Assembly (NCBI GenBank): GCA_026392355.1
Contig: JAPLCF010000041.1
Location: forward strand, 76,716 to 140,715
Direction: 5' to 3'
DNA: 64,000 nucleotides
Origin: Actinomycetota bacterium
GTDB lineage: Bacteria > Actinomycetota > Thermoleophilia > Gaiellales > F1-60-MAGs149
Position 1 is the first letter of the stretch, and each line of letters opens with the position of its first letter. The notes under the pieces were generated by a model that ran no database searches, was not told where the DNA came from, and saw only the letters and a list, made by a program, of their open reading frames with translations. The position numbers were made by a program, and so were the translations under genes. Positions 59,885 to 64,000 of this stretch are shown here, piece by piece.

Positions 59885-60699
59885 GCGAGACAGTCGTCGC
59901 CTGCGTTCAGATGAACGCGGACCGGCCAGTCGTTGACAACATCGCGGTTGCCGAGCGGCTCGTGGCGCAGGCCGCCGCGCGTGGCGCTGAGGTCATCTCA
60001 CTGCCCGAGCGCTGGAACGGCACGGGTACTGACGACGTGATGATCGCGGCTGCCGAATCGCTCGACGGCGAGACCGCCCAGGCGATGTCCGCCTGGGCCA
60101 AGCAGCACGGGGTCTGGCTGCACGGCGGCTCGATCGGCGAGAACACCGAGCCCGGCGTGCGCGCCAGCAACACGACGCTGGTCTTCGACCCCGACGGCAA
60201 CCGCGTCTCGACGTACCGCAAGATCCACATGTTCGACATCGATGTGGAGGGGGCCGAGGCGCGAGAGTCGGCCGCCAACAAGCCTGGCGACCAGCTCGTC
60301 ATGAGCGAGATCGCTGGCTGGCCGGTCGGTCTCACGATCTGTTACGACCTGCGTTTCCCGGAGCAGTACCGGGGCCTCGCGCTGGCCGGTGCGGAGGCCT
60401 TCATGGTCCCGGCTGGGTTCACCATGGCGACGGGGCGCGATCACTGGGAGGTGCTGCTCCGCGCTCGCGCGATCGAGAACGCCGCCTACGTGATCGCCGC
60501 CAACCAGCACGGTGTGTGGGCGGGCAGCCCGCGCTTTGCGCGCTCGATGATCATCGACCCCTGGGGTGTCGTGCTCGCCAACGGTGGTGATGGGGAGACG
60601 ATCTGCGTCGCTGCGATCGACCGCCAGCGCGTGGCTGAGGTGCGACGGCTGATCCCCGTGTTTAGCGCACGTCGCCCCGACGCCTATCGCTTCGAGTAG
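59881..60699 (+). CDS. Carbon-nitrogen hydrolase (nitrilase superfamily, Nit-like amidase)
   Basis: 272 aa with the Glu-Lys-Cys triad context (LPE..., YRKIHMFD, ICYDLRFPE). Confidence 0.88.
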   Translation: MSETVVACVQMNADRPVVDNIAVAERLVAQAAARGAEVISLPERWNGTGTDDVMIAAAESLDGETAQAMSAWAKQHGVWLHGGSIGENTEPGVRASNTTLVFDPDGNRVSTYRKIHMFDIDVEGAEARESAANKPGDQLVMSEIAGWPVGLTICYDLRFPEQYRGLALAGAEAFMVPAGFTMATGRDHWEVLLRARAIENAAYVIAANQHGVWAGSPRFARSMIIDPWGVVLANGGDGETICVAAIDRQRVAEVRRLIPVFSARRPDAYRFE

Positions 60700-60727
60700 C
60701 GGTTCAAGCGGGGAGTACGCTGGGGGC

Positions 60728-61510
60728 ATGGCTGCACCTCGCGGCATCGTGTTCGACATGGAGGGTGTCCTCCACGTGGGGTATCAGCCGCTGGCGGGTG
60801 CGCGGGAGGCGCTGGCGGCGCTCGACGCCGTTGGGCTACCGCACGTGATTCTGACGAACACGACGTCGAAGACGCGCGCCGATATCGCGGCGCGGCTTGA
60901 TTCGATGGGTATGCCATACGCGCCCGAGCGCATCGTCACGGCGGGCTCCGCCACGATCGCGTTCCTCCAGCGGCGCCATCGGGGCAAGCGGGTACTGATG
61001 CTGGCCGAGCAGGGTGCCTTTGACGAGGCGGCGGCCAGTGGTGGGCTCAACCTCGTCGATGATTGGCGCGAGGCCGAGGTTGTCTGCCTCGGTGGGCCGG
61101 ATGAGTCGATCACGTACTCGCACCTGCAGGATGCGTTTCGCGCGCTGATGGAGGGCGCCGCGTTCGTCGCCATGCAGCGCAACCGCTGGTGGCCGACGCC
61201 CGCCGGGCCGGGGCTAGATGCGGGCGTGTTCGTGAAGGGGCTTGAGTACTCGAGCGGTCGCCGCGCCACGATCATCGGCAAGCCGGCCGCTGGTGCGTAT
61301 CGTGCGGCGTTGCGGGTGCTTGGCGTGAAGGCCGCTGAGGCAATGATGGTCGGCGATGATCCCGTCGCGGATCTCGCGACGGCACACCGCATTGGCATGC
61401 GCACCTGCATCGTGCGCAGCGGCAAGGGCAGTGCGTTTCCCACGCCGTGGCCCACTGCCGACGTGGATCTCCCGGGCGTCGGCGACCTGCCGGCGGCCTT
61501 GCGTCTCTAG
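60728..61510 (+). CDS. HAD-IIA family hydrolase (NagD-like)
   Basis: 260 aa with FDMEGVL motif I, LTNTTS motif II, GKP, and GDD. Confidence 0.85.
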   Translation: MAAPRGIVFDMEGVLHVGYQPLAGAREALAALDAVGLPHVILTNTTSKTRADIAARLDSMGMPYAPERIVTAGSATIAFLQRRHRGKRVLMLAEQGAFDEAAASGGLNLVDDWREAEVVCLGGPDESITYSHLQDAFRALMEGAAFVAMQRNRWWPTPAGPGLDAGVFVKGLEYSSGRRATIIGKPAAGAYRAALRVLGVKAAEAMMVGDDPVADLATAHRIGMRTCIVRSGKGSAFPTPWPTADVDLPGVGDLPAALRL

Positions 61511-62271
61511 GCGGGTTCGGGCTCGTCGACAGGGTCGTACGAGAGTCCGTTGTCCTCGAAGCGTCGCAGGTAGGGGACCATGTATTCGATGACGACATCG
61601 ACGATTGCCTCGCCCTTTTCGGTCGTCGCGTGCTTGGGGGCACCCGAGGCGCCGTAGGCGGTGAGCTCTTCGAAGAGCCAGAACTCCCTGACGTAGGGAT
61701 CTGTCGTCGGCACCTGTCCGCGCGCGTGCTCCATCTGCATCAGGTCGGGAAACAGCGCGAGCCCGAGCGACGTCTCGGCTTCGCCGCCGTGCCCCCAGCC
61801 GCCCCAGACGTCGAACGTGCCCTCGGCGATGCGCTGATTCGTGACGACCCACCAGTCGATGGTGGCGATGCTCATCTCCGGATGCGCGACCTTTGCGTTG
61901 CGCGCGGCGACTTCGATGGGAGGGATGTTCCCGTCGTGCGCGTTGAGCAGCAGGACGCGGTGAATGCCCCAGTGGTGAAGCGACTCGAGCAGGTCGGCGA
62001 TGACGCGCGTCTGCGTATCGGCGCTCAGGCTGAGGGCCATCGGGTGGTGGCGGTAGTGGTCGCTCATGCCGAGGAAGTTCGGCGGCAGCACGACCGTGTG
62101 CTCGAGCTGCTCGGCGATCTGCACGGCGAGCGCGTGCGCGGTGAATCCGTCCGTGCCCATCGGCATGTGGTCGCCGTGGCTCTCACACGCGCCGAGCGGG
62201 ATGATTGCCGCCGTAAATCCTGCCGCGACGAACTCACGCGTCGTCAGCAACTCCATCTGCACCGTCTCCAC
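61507..62271 (-). CDS. Creatininase-family amidohydrolase
   Basis: 254 aa. GTG 62271 follows GGAGGAGGA. Metal-binding context PLGACESHGDHMPMGTD. Confidence 0.85.
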   Translation of the reverse strand: METVQMELLTTREFVAAGFTAAIIPLGACESHGDHMPMGTDGFTAHALAVQIAEQLEHTVVLPPNFLGMSDHYRHHPMALSLSADTQTRVIADLLESLHHWGIHRVLLLNAHDGNIPPIEVAARNAKVAHPEMSIATIDWWVVTNQRIAEGTFDVWGGWGHGGEAETSLGLALFPDLMQMEHARGQVPTTDPYVREFWLFEELTAYGASGAPKHATTEKGEAIVDVVIEYMVPYLRRFEDNGLSYDPVDEPEPA

Positions 62272-62335
62272 CTGATCCTCCTCCGATCGTTGAGTGCGAA
62301 CGTAGCACTCCAGTGCGGTCAGAGTCCGGTCGGCG

Positions 62336-63667
62336 CTACAGCTGGCCGAACGCCGTCAGGATGGCGCGTCCCATCTGGACGCCGAGGGCGTACTGGTCGA
62401 TGCGCAGGTGCTCGTCGGGTGCGTGGATGCGGTCGTTGGGCAGCGCGCAGCCGGTCAGTACCGTCGGCACGCCCTGCTTGGCGAGCGCGGTGACGAGTGG
62501 GATCGCGCCGCCAGAACGCGTGACGGCACAGGGCATTCCCGTCGCTGTTTCGATGGCCTCGCGTGCCAGCCGGATGGCCGGGAGTTCGGGGTCGAAGGCC
62601 GCGCCCTCAGCCATGCCACGCACTGCGAATTCGAGCTCGGCGCCGGCGGGCGTGCGCGCACGGAGTAGGTCCTGCACTGCCTGCCAGAAGGCCTTCGCGT
62701 CCTGCCCGCCAACGAGACGGAACGACACGGCTGCGGTCGCCTCGCACGGCACGATCGTGCGGTTCGTGCCGGCATCGCGACACGTGATGGCATTCACGTC
62801 GAACGTCGGCATCGCCGTCGTGCGGCGGTAGTAGTCGGCGAGCGCCTCAGGGCCGGCGCTGTTGATGCCGGCGATAGCCAGCTCGCCCGCGGGGTCGGGC
62901 AGCGTTGCCCAGGCGGCCTCTTCGATGGGCGAGGCGGGCGCGACACCCACCATCAGCGACTCGTGGAGGCGCCCATCGGGGCCGGCAGACAGATCGGCGA
63001 TCAGGCGGCTGAGGACATGCGCGGCGTTGAGGGCGCCGCCACCGTAGAGCCCGGAGTGGGCATCGCGTTCGCCGGTCCGCACGGTGATGGTGCCGGTGAT
63101 CACGCCGCGCACGCCGGCCTCGATCGCAGCGTGTCCGGGTGCCACGAAGCCCGCGTCGAAGACGACGGCGGCGTCATAGGCTCCGGCTGGCTGCTGCTCG
63201 ATCCAGTCGATCACGGAGTGCCCGCCGACCTCTTCCTCGCCATCGAGGACGATCGTCAGCTGCACGGGCAGCGCCCCGTCGGCGGCGAGTCCGGTGGCGG
63301 CGGAGAGCAGCGCGTGGAAGTTGCCCTTGTCGTCGCTGGCCCCGCGTGCGTAGATCGCGCCATTGCGGATCGTCGGCTCGAACGGCGGCGTGGTCCAGTC
63401 CTCAAGCGGTGCGACGGTCTGCACGTCGTAGTGGCCGTAGAGCAGGACGCGGGGTCCAGCACCCGTCGAGGACGGCAGCTGGCCGACGACGAGCGGGTTG
63501 ACCTGCGTCGGCAGGAGGTCGGCGGTACCGCCCGCGGCGACGATCCGATCCCGTACCCACGTCGCCGCTGCGGCGAGATCCTCCGGCGTGCCGTCACCCG
63601 ACGAGATGGACGGAATGCGGAGAAACTCGGAGAGTTCCTCGATCAGCTCGTCGGTAGTGCGAGACAT
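62336..63667 (-). CDS. M20-family metallopeptidase (dipeptidase/ArgE-DapE-like)
   Basis: 443 aa with LLYGHYDVQ, ARGASDDKG and GEEEVGG motifs. Confidence 0.88.
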   Translation of the reverse strand: MSRTTDELIEELSEFLRIPSISSGDGTPEDLAAAATWVRDRIVAAGGTADLLPTQVNPLVVGQLPSSTGAGPRVLLYGHYDVQTVAPLEDWTTPPFEPTIRNGAIYARGASDDKGNFHALLSAATGLAADGALPVQLTIVLDGEEEVGGHSVIDWIEQQPAGAYDAAVVFDAGFVAPGHAAIEAGVRGVITGTITVRTGERDAHSGLYGGGALNAAHVLSRLIADLSAGPDGRLHESLMVGVAPASPIEEAAWATLPDPAGELAIAGINSAGPEALADYYRRTTAMPTFDVNAITCRDAGTNRTIVPCEATAAVSFRLVGGQDAKAFWQAVQDLLRARTPAGAELEFAVRGMAEGAAFDPELPAIRLAREAIETATGMPCAVTRSGGAIPLVTALAKQGVPTVLTGCALPNDRIHAPDEHLRIDQYALGVQMGRAILTAFGQL

Positions 63668-63717
63668 GGGGTGGCTCCGATGGGTGGGGCGGGGACGTAG
63701 GCTACGGCTCGCCGGTG

Positions 63718-64000
63718 ATGGACGAACACGACGACTACGAGCAGGATAGTGCGCCGCCGCCCGCCACGGTTGCGGGGCTCGAGGCGGTCACCGCTGCGTT
63801 CGCGGCCGGCGACGACGTCGCGCAGGTTGCGACACGGCTGGGCTCAACCGCGCTCGTGGCCGCGCGCTGTGCCGAGGCGGTCCTGCCGCTCGTCGTCGCA
63901 GCGCTGCACACACGCCGCAGCGATACGGACCGCTCTGCGCTCTCGATCGTGGTGGCTGACGACGACCGTGCCCGCGAGCTTGCCGATGCCGTGCAGGCCT
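63718..64000 (+). CDS. 5' fragment of an ORF running off the window (possibly Mfd/helicase-like; uncertain)
   Basis: ATG 63718 opens a frame that continues to the window end with high GC3 (MDEHDDYEQDSAPPPATVAGLEAVTAAF...). It is not in the track because no stop codon is reached. Its function was not established. Confidence 0.4.
   Translation, partial: MDEHDDYEQDSAPPPATVAGLEAVTAAFAAGDDVAQVATRLGSTALVAARCAEAVLPLVVAALHTRRSDTDRSALSIVVADDDRARELADAVQA

Overview
High-GC (roughly two-thirds G+C) bacterial chromosome segment. Its gene order matches the core transcription/translation superlocus of an Actinomycetota-like organism. On the + strand it runs ftsH, rpmG-secE-nusG-rplKA-rplJL, rpoBC, rpsLG-fusA-tuf, the S10-spc-alpha ribosomal operons (rpsJ to rplQ with secY-adk-map, no infA), then truA. 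After that come housekeeping and accessory genes: a CaCA antiporter, surE, a NarL/LuxR-type two-component pair, ligA, Nif3, RNase J, tRNA-Pro(CGG), an aldehyde dehydrogenase, rsgA, a nitrilase-family hydrolase, HAD hydrolases, a creatininase-family protein and an M20 peptidase. All calls come from reading the translations and the DNA by eye; no searches were run.

Main second-look items:
1. A redoxin-fold gene (18583-19101, minus strand) has an in-frame TGA exactly where the first Cys of the CxxC motif belongs, with a hairpin just downstream. This makes it a candidate UxxC selenoprotein that ORF callers would truncate.
2. fusA is broken by an out-of-frame loss of about 20-23 nt between the G2 and G3 motifs.
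3. Two ~190-bp double-hairpin repeat elements lie in inverted orientation around the rpoBC segment, and a partial third copy lies at 57015.
4. A second palindromic repeat family forms a nested perfect palindrome between an HTH gene and a PIN gene, and it duplicates the PIN start codon.
5. The conserved rplJL-rpoBC junction is interrupted by reverse-strand SPFH, PIN and HTH genes.
6. There are unusually large insertions in beta-prime, and low-complexity extensions on S17, L22, S3 and beta.
7. A hairpin and 91-bp tandem-repeat array lies upstream of the two-component operon.
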